DNA of 64,000 nucleotides from Candidatus Hodarchaeota archaeon (lineage in GTDB: Archaea > Asgardarchaeota > Lokiarchaeia > Sigyniarchaeales > SOKP01), in NCBI GenBank assembly GCA_048886685.1, contig JBHLKM010000002.1, positions 71,532 to 135,531 on the forward strand, given 5' to 3'. The stretch's first letter is position 1, and each line of letters begins with the position of its first letter. Under the pieces are notes generated by a model that worked only from the letters and a program-made list of their open reading frames with translations, was not told where the DNA came from and did no database searches. Positions 9,474 to 20,052 of this stretch are shown in pieces. A program made the position numbers and the translations under genes.

Positions 9474-10586
9474 TTATGTTTGGGACAATAGTTCAATTAG
9501 AGCTCTAGGGATTTCTTTATAATCATTTACGGCATAAAACTTCCCTCGACCAGCCTTAGCTATTTCCTGGCATGTTGTAATACCCTGAGTCGCATCATTT
9601 TCTGCTGGCATTCCTATAACATGTAGTTTTGGATATTTCTTAGCAATTTCAACTGGATCTCCTCCTCTGTTGAAATTACCATCAGAGATTAGAATTCCGA
9701 AACGACTCTTCCTACTTTCCCTAGTTTTGTTCAACTCTTTTAATCCTTTTTCTAAACCAATTTCGATATTTGTAAAGCCAACTGCTTCTGAATCTAAAAT
9801 TTCGTCAATAATATTAATAACTGATTTTTTTTGATTAATTTTTTTTAAGATCATTGCTGTTGAATTAAATAATATTATAGCATAATCCTCTTTTTCTAAA
9901 TTGTAAGCTAACACAGAGCTAGTAAGGGCTGCATTCAATAATAACCGACCATACATGCTTCCACTTGTATCTAATATTAACACTACTTTTCGTTTTTGAC
10001 GCTTTCTTACTACTCCATATATATCTTTATAATTCAAACTTTTTTCATAAATTTTTAAAGGATTATGTTGGATAGTCTCATCTAAACTAAATTCAGGCAT
10101 ACCAATTTTGTAAAAAGGAACAGTTTTCTTGAATTGACCTCTTATTCCTTTACTAGTTATTTTTAATGATAATTTTAAAATACTTTGACGAGCTAAACGT
10201 CTAAAAATTGCTTTATATTTGGGCGATATTGGGCGCCTAATGAAAAAGTAAATTTCTGGCATAAAATCCCCTGATTCTCTTGCCTTTTGCGAGAAAAACT
10301 CAACTCCTTCTTCTGTGTCCAGAATATCTGTTGCTGCATACACATTCGCTTTAAGTAAACCCATTATTGCTTCAAGGTTCTTATGTTGTATTGCCAAGTA
10401 TGTCATATTTTTGATAGTCTGATAATCAAGAGTGTTGGAAAGATGCTTATAATAATCCGGTTTCTTTCTTTTTTTCCGAATTATTTCATACTCTAAGATT
10501 TCTTTATCCAGTCGACTTTCAGTAAGTCTTACATGCAGTCTCTTCTCAATCTCGTCGGATTCCTCCTCAGAGAAATCATCGATTAT
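9474..10586 (-). CDS. vWA-domain protein, MoxR partner; probably starts at ATA 10586 rather than ATG 10406
   Basis: MIDAS motif LDTSGSM, GFTNI, ISDG; frame open 60 further codons up to an ATA overlapping the moxR stop. Confidence 0.8.
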   Translation of the reverse strand: MIDDFSEEESDEIEKRLHVRLTESRLDKEILEYEIIRKKRKKPDYYKHLSNTLDYQTIKNMTYLAIQHKNLEAIMGLLKANVYAATDILDTEEGVEFFSQKARESGDFMPEIYFFIRRPISPKYKAIFRRLARQSILKLSLKITSKGIRGQFKKTVPFYKIGMPEFSLDETIQHNPLKIYEKSLNYKDIYGVVRKRQKRKVVLILDTSGSMYGRLLLNAALTSSVLAYNLEKEDYAIILFNSTAMILKKINQKKSVINIIDEILDSEAVGFTNIEIGLEKGLKELNKTRESRKSRFGILISDGNFNRGGDPVEIAKKYPKLHVIGMPAENDATQGITTCQEIAKAGRGKFYAVNDYKEIPRALIELLSQT

Positions 10587-11482
10587 TGAAAATCCGATTT
10601 GTTTAATACAGCTAATACAATGTTAGTTATAATTTCTTTCTTAGATTGTGTTAATCCGTCTTCTAATTCAATTTTATTATGTAAAGACATTACTGCTGCT
10701 TCTACCCAATTATTTGTACTGCTAGTATTTTCATATTGATTTATCAATGTAGCCATGTCTATCGCACCTCTAATAGAACTTCCTCTACGAATTGCTGTAC
10801 TGTTTCTAGTCGCTTGAATTATCTTTTGAGATAGAGTTGCTATTTTTTCGGCACTCAACGCTGTTGTGTGATCTAAATCAGCTTCTTGTTTGATAATAAG
10901 GATTTCTTCTTCAGGTTGTTGATAAGAAAGATTTATCCATATAAATCTATCCTTTAATGCTTCTCCTAAGACAGTAACTCCAACATGAGCTGCTGGATTT
11001 TGCGTTGCGACTACAAAAAAATCTTTATGAGCCTTAATTGTTTTCAATTTGGGTATTTCTAAGATACCCTCATCTAAAGCGGTAAGTAATGAGTTTTGGG
11101 TGTTCTCTGGCATTCTATTAATTTCATTTATAAACAAACATCCTCCATTTAACATCGCTAAAGCTAATGGACCGTATTTATAAGATTCTTCATTATATCC
11201 TTTTGCAATGACAAGAGGAGGTTCAAAATAACCAACGAGGTTATGAGGTAATAATTCCTCACTACAGTCAACCCTATAAAAATTTGAATCATTAGTACTA
11301 TAATATTTAGCAATTGCTCTAGCTAGTGTAGTCTTGCCTACTCCTACATTCCCTTCTAACAATATATTCTTACCTACTGAATGAGCTAAAACAATTTGTT
11401 TTAGTTCTTCCGTTCTACCTATGATTTTAAATTTTTCCTTTATTTCAGTGATTATACTGGTCGTATCAACCATAATTTTCAA
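10583..11482 (-). CDS. MoxR-family AAA+ ATPase
   Basis: Walker A LEGNVGVGKT, Walker B LFINEINR, ATQNP, EALKDRF, SIRG. Confidence 0.9.
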   Translation of the reverse strand: MKIMVDTTSIITEIKEKFKIIGRTEELKQIVLAHSVGKNILLEGNVGVGKTTLARAIAKYYSTNDSNFYRVDCSEELLPHNLVGYFEPPLVIAKGYNEESYKYGPLALAMLNGGCLFINEINRMPENTQNSLLTALDEGILEIPKLKTIKAHKDFFVVATQNPAAHVGVTVLGEALKDRFIWINLSYQQPEEEILIIKQEADLDHTTALSAEKIATLSQKIIQATRNSTAIRRGSSIRGAIDMATLINQYENTSSTNNWVEAAVMSLHNKIELEDGLTQSKKEIITNIVLAVLNKSDFQ

Positions 11483-11746
11483 AATTAAACTTTTCTAAAA
11501 TAATTTACTATTTGAATAGTTGGTTTTCATATTATGATAGATCTATTAAGTACTTATCAAGAAATAATAAATATTTAAATATTTACATTTTTCCGTCGAG
11601 AGTGCATAGTTCTCTTGTTCTTTAATAAAAAACTTTAAAAATTATGCATGCTTATAACTATAGAGAGAAAAAAATCATTTATTTTCACTTTATAACTACA
11701 GCTTATTCTATAATCTCAATTGCTAGAAGAAAATAAAAGAAAAAAA

Positions 11747-12691
11747 CTAATTTTCAGATAATTCAGAAGATGCTAGTTCAATAGGAGATCTAGATAATTC
11801 ACCAAGAGGTACTGAATTCTTTTTCCATAATTTCAAGGAAATAAATCCAATGAGTAGAAGTAATGACGGATATACGATAATTTCTAATAAAGCAGGATTA
11901 GCATTATAACCAAAAAGTGCTTTTAGCAGCGACCCTATTATTTCAAGAAATGCAGGTGTCGCCGAGTTTCCATCAGGAAAAGCCTCTGGTAAAATATGTT
12001 TTATATTCCACACCTCATCAATAATGGGATTAACAATTCCCGCCTCAATAAACTCATGGATTCCATAAGTAATTAATCCTGCAGCAAACAGTATCAGAAT
12101 CACATTAGTGATTTTAAAGAATTTTGATAAATCTATAGTTTTTATCCCATAAAATGTTAAAAGACCAATGAGAACTGAGATTCCCAATCCAATGACGGAC
12201 CCTAAAATCATTGTAATTTGATTTATTGACCCTATAGAAGCAGTTCCAGTTAATAATAATACAAGTTCAATTCCTTCTCTGATGATTATGATAAATGTTA
12301 GAATTGAAATAGAAAATGCTTTCTGCTTCTCAATTGATTCTTCCACCCTTCCCTCCAAACTCTCTCGTATTTTTGGACCTTCCTTACTTACCCATAGAAC
12401 TAAGGTAACTATGAAAATTCCAGACATTATAAATGTCGTTCCTTCGAATAATTCTTCTAGTAATCCTGTAAATCCTCCAAATATCATTGAAAACACAATA
12501 GCAAAAATTATACTTGAAAATATTGCTAAAATTGCCCCAAGGTATACATGTCTACTATAAGATCGCTGATTTGTTTTCTTCAAATACAAGAGTATAATAA
12601 CAACAACCAAAGTTGCTTCTAAACCTTCTCTTAGAGCTAAAAAAGCGGGAGATATTAAATCTATATAAGTAGCCATAATAATTAAACTCAA
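11747..12691 (-). CDS. FTR1/EfeU-family high-affinity iron permease
   Basis: Two REGxE motifs (REGLEA, REGIEL); multiple TM helices; LFGY. Confidence 0.9.
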   Translation of the reverse strand: MSLIIMATYIDLISPAFLALREGLEATLVVVIILLYLKKTNQRSYSRHVYLGAILAIFSSIIFAIVFSMIFGGFTGLLEELFEGTTFIMSGIFIVTLVLWVSKEGPKIRESLEGRVEESIEKQKAFSISILTFIIIIREGIELVLLLTGTASIGSINQITMILGSVIGLGISVLIGLLTFYGIKTIDLSKFFKITNVILILFAAGLITYGIHEFIEAGIVNPIIDEVWNIKHILPEAFPDGNSATPAFLEIIGSLLKALFGYNANPALLEIIVYPSLLLLIGFISLKLWKKNSVPLGELSRSPIELASSELSEN

Positions 12692-12734
12692 TTAATATAT
12701 TATGAAGGATATAGATTTAAAAAATATAAGAATT

Positions 12735-12748
12735 TTAGTTTTGACTAA
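12735..12748. promoter_or_regulatory. Candidate DtxR/MntR-family metal-responsive operator TTAGT-N4-ACTAA
   Basis: Palindrome about 45 nt upstream of the FTR1 ORF, resembling TTAG...CTAA DtxR-family boxes. Confidence 0.45.
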
Positions 12749-12852
12749 TAAACTCAATTAAAATTTTTGTTTTAAAAAATAAGATAATAATAAACTCTTA
12801 AGCGAATTTATAAGATAATCAAATTACTAGAAAAAAAACCTTAATTAAGAAA

Positions 12853-14100
12853 CTATTTAGGAAATAATTTCACTTTCACTTTATCCCCTTTTTTTAGACC
12901 TTCTTGATGAGGAGGAATCTCAACTATTCCATCGGAGAAAGTTAATGAACTGATAACTCCAGAACCTTTTAACTTAACTGGAATGGCAATAAATCCTTCT
13001 TGAGATTTTTCAAGATTTACCCTTAAATAGTGGAGATATCCAAGACCAGAAACAGGTACATCTCTACTAATGCTTGCTATTAATTCAGTTCTAGGATCAA
13101 GCACGGCACATCCTAACATTTTTCTAATGGCGAGTCCTACTATTTTTAAAAATGAAACATAAGCCGCGACTGGTGTACCAGGTAGACAAAATATTAAAGA
13201 TTCACTCAAAAAACCAATTAAAACGGGAGATCCAGGGCGTTGAGCAATTCCATGGCTTAAAATTGTACCTGTTTCATTGATAATTTCTGGTAAATAATCT
13301 TTAGTTCCAACTGATGTACCACCTGTAAAAATTATTATTTGAGAATCTTGTGCTGCTTCGATTAATTTATTTTTAATAACCTCTTTATCATCTTTTATAG
13401 TTTCACCCCTAGTAACAATTCCACCATATATTCTTACTAATGTTGATATCATCGAGGTGTTTGAGTTATAGATTTTTCCTGGTTGAAGTGGAGTACCTGG
13501 TTCTAATAATTCGTCTCCAGAAGAAAAAACACTTATTTTAGGTTTTTTTCTCACTTTCACTTTAGCAAAACCTAAAGAAGTCAAAAGAGCAATATGTTCT
13601 GCTTTTAATTCTGTACCCCCACTTAAAACATGGGTTCCTTTTTTAATATCTTCTCCTTTCTTTGACACATTTTTACCCGGTGGGATAGAAATATAGACAC
13701 TTATTATATCATTTTCAATTTCTGTGTCTTCTATTTTGACAACAGCATCAGCACCTTCTGGTATAGGTGCTCCGGTGGAAATTTTTATTCCTTCATTTTT
13801 ATTTAATATAAAATTGGAAGATTCTCCTATTTCAATTGTCCCAACAAGTCCTATTTTTTTTGGATTTTTTGGAGAAGCATTAAAAGAATCTTCTGCTTTA
13901 ATCGCATATCCATCCATTGCTGATCGGTCAAATGGCGGAATATTCATCTCACTAACAATATCAATGGCTAAAATACGATTTAATGAATCATTAACTTTAA
14001 TTTCTTCATATGAATTTAATTGGATTTTTGAAAATAGTTTTTCTAAAGCATCTTCTAATGGAGTTAATCTTGAAAATCCAATTTTTCGAAGTTTTTCCAC
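12853..14100 (-). CDS. moeA: Molybdopterin molybdo/tungstotransferase MoeA (paralogue 2)
   Basis: PPFDRSAMDGYA, STGAPIPEGADAVV, SSGDEL, GGTSVG, LPGTPVA. Confidence 0.92.
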   Translation of the reverse strand: MEKLRKIGFSRLTPLEDALEKLFSKIQLNSYEEIKVNDSLNRILAIDIVSEMNIPPFDRSAMDGYAIKAEDSFNASPKNPKKIGLVGTIEIGESSNFILNKNEGIKISTGAPIPEGADAVVKIEDTEIENDIISVYISIPPGKNVSKKGEDIKKGTHVLSGGTELKAEHIALLTSLGFAKVKVRKKPKISVFSSGDELLEPGTPLQPGKIYNSNTSMISTLVRIYGGIVTRGETIKDDKEVIKNKLIEAAQDSQIIIFTGGTSVGTKDYLPEIINETGTILSHGIAQRPGSPVLIGFLSESLIFCLPGTPVAAYVSFLKIVGLAIRKMLGCAVLDPRTELIASISRDVPVSGLGYLHYLRVNLEKSQEGFIAIPVKLKGSGVISSLTFSDGIVEIPPHQEGLKKGDKVKVKLFPK

Positions 14101-14106
14101 AGTCCT

Positions 14107-14676
14107 TCACTCTTTCTTATTAATTAAATATTGAATATGCCCTAATTCTGGGATTATTATGTTTTTCAAAGCTAAGATCACGGCATTTGGGGAGCCGGGT
14201 AGTAGAAAAAGAGACTTATTTTTCTTTCGACTCCTAAGAATACCAGCGGTTGCCCTTGATAACATAGCTGAAGGACCAATTTCATTAAAAGAGAGATATC
14301 TAAAGAGTTCTCCAAAACCATCAAATTTTTTTTCTAAACGTGGCTCTAAAGTTTCATAAGTTATATCCTTTAGTGTTAATCCAGTTCCCCCGCTAAAGAG
14401 AATAGAATCTACCCTTTCATCTTTCATCAATTTTATTAAGATATTATTAATATGTTCTTCCGAATCTGGTATAATTTCAGTATAAACTAATGAAATTGAT
14501 GGATCATTTTTTAAAAATTGTCTTACTTTCGGAATTGTTTTATCTGTACTTACATTTCCAGAAGTTGTTTCATTAAATCTACTCGTGCTAACTACAACTA
14601 AAGCTATGTTAGTTCTTTTTGGTGCTTTATATTTATGTTCCTCATGGACTTTTAATTTCTCTCTCATTTTTTTCAA
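14107..14676 (-). CDS. moaB: Molybdopterin adenylyltransferase MoaB/MogA
   Basis: GGTGLTLKDITYE, GFGELFR, SRATAG, LPGSPNAV. Confidence 0.9.
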   Translation of the reverse strand: MKKMREKLKVHEEHKYKAPKRTNIALVVVSTSRFNETTSGNVSTDKTIPKVRQFLKNDPSISLVYTEIIPDSEEHINNILIKLMKDERVDSILFSGGTGLTLKDITYETLEPRLEKKFDGFGELFRYLSFNEIGPSAMLSRATAGILRSRKKNKSLFLLPGSPNAVILALKNIIIPELGHIQYLINKKE

Positions 14677-14697
14677 ACACCCTAATTATCATCTTTA

Positions 14698-15924
14698 TCA
14701 GAAGAAATTTACTTTTCTTTTCTCCCCTTTTTCAATAATTGATTCTAATTCTTCAATTTCTATATAACCATCAGCAAAGAACATTGTACTAATTGCTTCG
14801 GAACCTGTTTTGATAGGATATATTTTCTTAATGCCTTCATCTTCTTTTATTTTTATTGCTTTAAACTCATGACGTCCAACGGTACTATAGATTCTTTCAC
14901 CAACCACCATTAGTTTTGAAAATTTATCTTTTAAAGGATATCCAGACAATTTTCTTAGAAAATTATCAATAAAAATATAAAAACAACTCAATGCTGAAGT
15001 TGGATAACCTGGCAAAATAAATATAATTTTATTTTTTATTTTCGCAAAAATTATTGGTTTCCCTGGTTTTATGTTCACACCATGTACTAAAATTTCTATA
15101 TCTTCAAAATCCTCTAAAACTTTTGGGCCTAAATCCCCCTCACCTTTAGATGTACCACCAGATAAAATTACTATATCACTCATTTCCATGGCGTCATCAA
15201 TAGCATTTTTCAGATCTCTATAATTGTCTTTTATAATACCAAAAAATTTAACTAAAACTCCTGTATTTTCAATCGCTTTTTTTAGTACAATCGAATTTAC
15301 ATCATATATTTTACCAATCTCTAAATTTTGTACTTCTTGGTTAACAAGTTCATTACCAGTACTTAATAGTGATATTTTTGGCTTTTTATTTACCCAAATT
15401 TCTTTAATTCCACATGAAGCAAGAATTCCGATAGTAGCTAAATCAACTAGAGAACCCTTTTTTACGATAATTTCTCCTTTTTTTATATCATGACCAATAT
15501 CAATTACATGGGTTCCTGGAGTTATTGCCTTGGAAATTGAAACAACATTCTCATGAACCTCTGTAAATTCAACCATTACTATTCCATTTGAGTTATCAGG
15601 TAAAGCAGCTCCGGTTGATACATAACTACACTGTTTATTATCTAATCTTTTTTTAGGAATATCCCCCGCTTGAATGGTTTCTATTAATTCAAGTTCGATT
15701 AAATTATCTTCTTCAGCTCCAAATGTATCTTTCGCTATTACTGCATATCCATCCATTCTGGACTTCCGAAAGTGAGGAACATCTATAGTACTTCTTATAT
15801 CTCTTGAAACTATTCGATTATAACAATTTTCAATATTCAATTGTTCTTCTTCAATTTCTAAGATTGAAATTGAGGTAAGGATATCTTTAAATTCTTCCAC
15901 TTTAATTGTTTTTAAGAACTTCAT
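14698..15924 (-). CDS. moeA: MoeA (paralogue 1)
   Basis: PHFRKSRMDGYAV, STGNEL, GGTSKGEGD, KPGKP, LPGYPTS. Confidence 0.92.
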   Translation of the reverse strand: MKFLKTIKVEEFKDILTSISILEIEEEQLNIENCYNRIVSRDIRSTIDVPHFRKSRMDGYAVIAKDTFGAEEDNLIELELIETIQAGDIPKKRLDNKQCSYVSTGAALPDNSNGIVMVEFTEVHENVVSISKAITPGTHVIDIGHDIKKGEIIVKKGSLVDLATIGILASCGIKEIWVNKKPKISLLSTGNELVNQEVQNLEIGKIYDVNSIVLKKAIENTGVLVKFFGIIKDNYRDLKNAIDDAMEMSDIVILSGGTSKGEGDLGPKVLEDFEDIEILVHGVNIKPGKPIIFAKIKNKIIFILPGYPTSALSCFYIFIDNFLRKLSGYPLKDKFSKLMVVGERIYSTVGRHEFKAIKIKEDEGIKKIYPIKTGSEAISTMFFADGYIEIEELESIIEKGEKRKVNFF

Positions 15925-15958
15925 ACGGAAATCAAACTTAAATTAATTTAGACTAGAT

Positions 15959-16411
15959 CTAATGAACCCATTCAGATGATCCATTACGAAAATCTTCTCT
16001 CTTCCATACGGCTATTTCTTTTTTATACATTTCTACAGCATCTGAAATAGTTTCAAAACCCTCTTTTCTATGTGCTGATGCCACAACCACATGCACTAAA
16101 TCTTCGGTAAGCTCGAATTCTCCCTTTAAGTGAACAATCTTTACATCTATAATTTCTTCTCTTTTTTTTAGTTTTTCGCAAATCTTTCTAATACTTTCAT
16201 TTGCTAATTCATCATATGCATCAATTTTCATACTTTCTACAGATTTCCCATTTTTGGAGGTACTCCTGACAATACCAGTAAATGTGTGAATTGATCCTGC
16301 TTTCGTTATATTAGAATTTTGTTTCATAGATTCAATTATTCTCCCAAGGTCAATCTCTCCTTTAGAATAAATACCTGATTCTACTTTTTTAGTGTTTTCA
16401 GGATCAATCAT
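15959..16411 (-). CDS. moaE: Molybdopterin synthase catalytic subunit
   Basis: GSIHTFTGIVR, ASAHRKEGF, KKEIAVWKRE. Confidence 0.92.
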   Translation of the reverse strand: MIDPENTKKVESGIYSKGEIDLGRIIESMKQNSNITKAGSIHTFTGIVRSTSKNGKSVESMKIDAYDELANESIRKICEKLKKREEIIDVKIVHLKGEFELTEDLVHVVVASAHRKEGFETISDAVEMYKKEIAVWKREDFRNGSSEWVH

Positions 16412-16417
16412 TTAGTA

Positions 16418-16702
16418 TTACCCTCCAGAAACAGGCGTTAAAAAAGCAATAGTATCACCATCACTTAAATTAATTATTGATGGATCTTTTTCATGAATTG
16501 GTGTATTATTTATAATTATCGAAATTAAATTATGTAGTTTTTGAACTTTTTCATCCCAAATTAGATTGTGAAGACTCTTTCCATATTTTTTAGTTAATAG
16601 ATTAATTACTTCCTTTAGATGAGAATTATATAATTCAAATTTTTCTCTCTCTTTACCAGTAATATCTTTAAACTCAGCAAAATATAGGACTTCAACAATC
16701 AT
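16418..16702 (-). CDS. moaD: MoaD/SAMP ubiquitin-like sulfur carrier
   Basis: VLYFA start; C-terminal DGDTIAFLTPVSGG. Confidence 0.92.
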   Translation of the reverse strand: MIVEVLYFAEFKDITGKEREKFELYNSHLKEVINLLTKKYGKSLHNLIWDEKVQKLHNLISIIINNTPIHEKDPSIINLSDGDTIAFLTPVSGG

Positions 16703-16727
16703 TTATCATTTTCAATTTCATTAATTC

Positions 16728-17645
16728 TTAATAATAAGGTTCCCTCGAATCTACAACTTGTTTAACAATATGTTCATATTTGGATAAGGAATGATGATTA
16801 CGGAGAGCTTCCTTGATATTTTTCCCAAGATCGGATCGATATAAGCATCCAAACAAATTTCCGTCACACCCAACACGTAATTTGGTACATCCCATACAAA
16901 ATTCATGACTTGGAGTGATTGTTTCGATAACAGCAGAATTAGGGAGAATGAACACTTTTCGATTTTGCATTGACCCTCTTATTAATGTTTTATTTGCTCT
17001 AGATTCAAGCTCTTCTATAATAGGTTTGATATCTAAATGATGCTTTTCATAAAAATCTCCATTTCCCCCGACTGCATCAGAAACCTTATGTAATTCAATT
17101 AATTGTAAAATAAAACCATTTACTGTGCAAAAATTGATAAAAGCTTCTAATTCGTTATCATTAATACCTTTCATCAAAACTAAATTTAATTTAATTGGAT
17201 TAAATCCAACCTTCTTTGCTTTTTGTAAACCTTTCAAGACTTTTTTTAAGGTATCTGATCCATACACTTTTTTATATATTTCGGGTTGAAGCGATGCTAA
17301 AGAAACATTAATCCTCTTTAGTCCTGCTCGAAACAATTCTTCCGCCATCTCAGAAAGAAATAAACCATTAGTAGTCATTGAAATATCTTTATAAACGTTT
17401 AAATCAGAAACGTTTTGTATTATTTGTACAATTTCTTCTCGACACAACGGTTCCCCGCCGGTAAATTTAATTCTGGTGACATTTAGAATTTCTGCTAATA
17501 TTTTACATAATTTTGTAATTTCTTCAACAGTGAGTTCATTGGTTCTACTATAGCCCTCACTATCACAGTATAAGCACGAATATTGACACTTTGAAGTAAT
17601 TGAAAACCTAATATGCTTGATTTTTCTATTATAGTTGTCCTTCAT
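16728..17645 (-). CDS. moaA: GTP 3',8-cyclase (radical SAM)
   Basis: CQYSCLYC, KFTGGEPL, MTTNG, C-terminal FCMGCTKLR...GCL. Confidence 0.92.
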   Translation of the reverse strand: MKDNYNRKIKHIRFSITSKCQYSCLYCDSEGYSRTNELTVEEITKLCKILAEILNVTRIKFTGGEPLCREEIVQIIQNVSDLNVYKDISMTTNGLFLSEMAEELFRAGLKRINVSLASLQPEIYKKVYGSDTLKKVLKGLQKAKKVGFNPIKLNLVLMKGINDNELEAFINFCTVNGFILQLIELHKVSDAVGGNGDFYEKHHLDIKPIIEELESRANKTLIRGSMQNRKVFILPNSAVIETITPSHEFCMGCTKLRVGCDGNLFGCLYRSDLGKNIKEALRNHHSLSKYEHIVKQVVDSREPYY

Positions 17646-17656
17646 TGATTTGCGAA

Positions 17657-18085
17657 TTATTTCTTTATTTTTTCTTCAACTTTAACGTCATAAATTAATG
17701 TTGAGGGATACTGACCTTCTTCATCCTTCTCATACATCTTTACCACATCCCAAATGTTTAAGAGAGCAACTCCAACGCCTGTTAAAGCCTCCATCTCAAC
17801 ACCAGTTTTGGCTATACTTTTAACCTTACATGAGACTTTTAAGGTTGTGTCGTTTTCAATTTCAAAATCTATTTCAACATTATTAATAGGAATTTGATGG
17901 CAAAAAGGAATTAAATCTGGTACTTTTTTAACAGAATTGATAGCCGCTATTTTTGCTATGGTAAAAACATCTCCTTTCCCGACTTGACTATTTTTAATTC
18001 TTTCAATTGTCTCTTTTTTAAGTCTAATTCTTCCAGAAGCAGTTGCGATCCTCGGAATTGCGTCTTTTTCAGAAATGTCGATCAT
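17657..18085 (-). CDS. moaC: Cyclic pyranopterin monophosphate synthase
   Basis: MIDISEK, LIPFCHQI, KTGVEMEALT, WDVVK. Confidence 0.93.
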   Translation of the reverse strand: MIDISEKDAIPRIATASGRIRLKKETIERIKNSQVGKGDVFTIAKIAAINSVKKVPDLIPFCHQIPINNVEIDFEIENDTTLKVSCKVKSIAKTGVEMEALTGVGVALLNIWDVVKMYEKDEEGQYPSTLIYDVKVEEKIKK

Positions 18086-18108
18086 TTTACTTCAAGTCTT
18101 ATTTCATT

Positions 18109-18132
18109 CGTTGTGGTTGACTGACCATAACG
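18109..18132. promoter_or_regulatory. ModE-like operator CGTTGTG-N10-CATAACG upstream of moaC
   Basis: 24-bp dyad with the same arms and spacing as the site at 21124-21147. Confidence 0.6.
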
Positions 18133-18182
18133 TCAGTAATTTATTTTAAATTGAAATTTCTTAAAAACTTCTCCTTTCTTAA

Positions 18183-19283
18183 TTATAAAATTTTTATATC
18201 TGTTGCTTTAAAATTAATATATACTTCAGATCCTTTTTCTAACTCAAGTTTCTCTCTTGAATATTCAGTTATAGTAATTAGGAACTTTTCAGAATTAGTT
18301 CTAACAATTAAGTGACAAATGTTACCAAGATCACGAATATTTTCTATAATTCCTTTGAAGGTGTTTCGATAGCTCGTATTTTTGGGGGGTTCTTTTACAA
18401 TCCCGATACTCTCTGGGCGTATACACACTTTAACTTTCCCTTCCAATTGAGTTGATGATGTTATAGTTAAATCATTAACTTGTATTAGCGTTAATCCAGA
18501 AGATTCGTCAATTTTTGCAATCCCTGTAAGGATATTTTCATATCCTACAAATAGAGCTGTGAATTCATCTTTAGGTGCAGTAAATATTTCATTAGGTGTT
18601 CCTATTTGTGTGAATTGTCCATTATTGAGCACTGCAATCCGATCTGCATATTTTATTGCTTCAATGGGATCGTGTGTACTCATAATAATAATCTTTTCTT
18701 TATCTTGCTTTATTTTCATAATAAATTCTTCTAATAATTTAATGTTCATAGGATCTAAATTCGCTGAAACTTCATCTAATAAATATATCTCAGGTTCAAT
18801 AACAAAATTCATCGCAATTGCTACTCTCTGCATTTCACCACCAGATAAAGCTCTTGCATTCTTATTCTCCATTCCTTTTAATCCAACAAAATCGATAATA
18901 TTATTGACAGTTTCAACATATTCCTTATATCTCATTCCCCTGACTTTTAAACCAAATGCAATGTTATTAAATACTGAAGTGTTTCGAACTACAGGTTTTT
19001 GTTTAACAAATGAGATATTCCTCCGATATTTGACTTTTTCTTTTCTTGAAATTCTTGAAATATTTTCCCCTTTATAACTTATCATCGCTCGCGTAGGTGA
19101 TTCAAGTAAACCCAAAATTCTTAATAAAGTTGTTTTACCACTACCATTTGGGCCTATTATAACAAAACATTCCCCTTTCTTGACTGAAAAATTAATATTA
19201 GAGAGTACTTGAATAGATGTTTTACCGTCTTTATAGTAATCCTTATGAAGATTTTTAATTTGAATCAATTCCATCTTAGTCAC
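18183..19283 (-). CDS. tupC: Tungstate ABC transporter ATPase with TOBE domains
   Basis: GPNGSGKTT, LSGGEMQR, LLDE, STHD; C-terminal TOBE (FKAT); follows tupA and tupB. Confidence 0.85.
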   Translation of the reverse strand: MTKMELIQIKNLHKDYYKDGKTSIQVLSNINFSVKKGECFVIIGPNGSGKTTLLRILGLLESPTRAMISYKGENISRISRKEKVKYRRNISFVKQKPVVRNTSVFNNIAFGLKVRGMRYKEYVETVNNIIDFVGLKGMENKNARALSGGEMQRVAIAMNFVIEPEIYLLDEVSANLDPMNIKLLEEFIMKIKQDKEKIIIMSTHDPIEAIKYADRIAVLNNGQFTQIGTPNEIFTAPKDEFTALFVGYENILTGIAKIDESSGLTLIQVNDLTITSSTQLEGKVKVCIRPESIGIVKEPPKNTSYRNTFKGIIENIRDLGNICHLIVRTNSEKFLITITEYSREKLELEKGSEVYINFKATDIKIL

Positions 19284-19971
19284 CTCTACTCTGGATTCGA
19301 GTTAAGCCATAATTCACAATGAAAGCTATTGAAATTAGGATAATACCTAAAGCAATTGCCATCCCGAATTCACCCATTCGTGTTTCGAGGACGATAGAAG
19401 TTGTAAAAGTTCGCGTTTCCCAGCGTATGTTTCCACCAACAATCATTACAGCACCAACTTCAGATATCGCTTGACCAAATGCTACCAAAAATCCCGCTAT
19501 TATAGATTTTTTAGAATCCTTAATTAATTCCCACCATAGTTGCCGTTCATTAGCACCTAATGAAAGAATCGTCTCCTTCAAAGTAGGATCTACGCTTTCA
19601 ATTGCTGCTTTTGCTGTACCAGTTATTATTGGAACAGCTAAGAAGAACTGAGCAATTATCATGGCACTTGTAGAATAAAGTAAACCTAATGAACCAAGGG
19701 GACCACTTCGTGACAACAACAAGAATATGATTAATCCCATTACCACGGGAGGAAAACCCATAAATGTATTAATTAAATTAGTAATCGTTTTCTTTCCACG
19801 AAACTGTCTTAGACCAATAAATGATCCAATTGGTAATGCAATTAAAGCCGCAAGAAATGTTGATGTTAATGAAACTCTGAATGACACTTCTATAATCCCC
19901 CATAACTCTGGGTCAAAAGTAATCATCAAACGCAGTGCTTCTAATATTCCTTTAATGATATCATTTGCCAT
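19276..19971 (-). CDS. tupB: Tungstate ABC transporter permease (likely start ATG 19971)
   Basis: FMGFPPVVMGL, SRSGPLG, ISEVGAVMIVGGNI, TRTFTTSI. Confidence 0.9.
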   Translation of the reverse strand: MANDIIKGILEALRLMITFDPELWGIIEVSFRVSLTSTFLAALIALPIGSFIGLRQFRGKKTITNLINTFMGFPPVVMGLIIFLLLSRSGPLGSLGLLYSTSAMIIAQFFLAVPIITGTAKAAIESVDPTLKETILSLGANERQLWWELIKDSKKSIIAGFLVAFGQAISEVGAVMIVGGNIRWETRTFTTSIVLETRMGEFGMAIALGIILISIAFIVNYGLTRIQSRGD

Positions 19972-20052
19972 ATTAAAAAAAATCTTATATTTTTTATTTA
20001 TTTTAACAAATTTAAGAAAAAATAATGGTTTGAATATATACCTGTTATACAT

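Noticed and set aside
18099-18137. Hairpin ACTGAC-N6-GTCAGT and a 9-codon uORF upstream of moaC as a possible Moco/Wco riboswitch
   Set aside because: The region is too short for that RNA, and the DNA dyad shared with the tupA promoter explains it better
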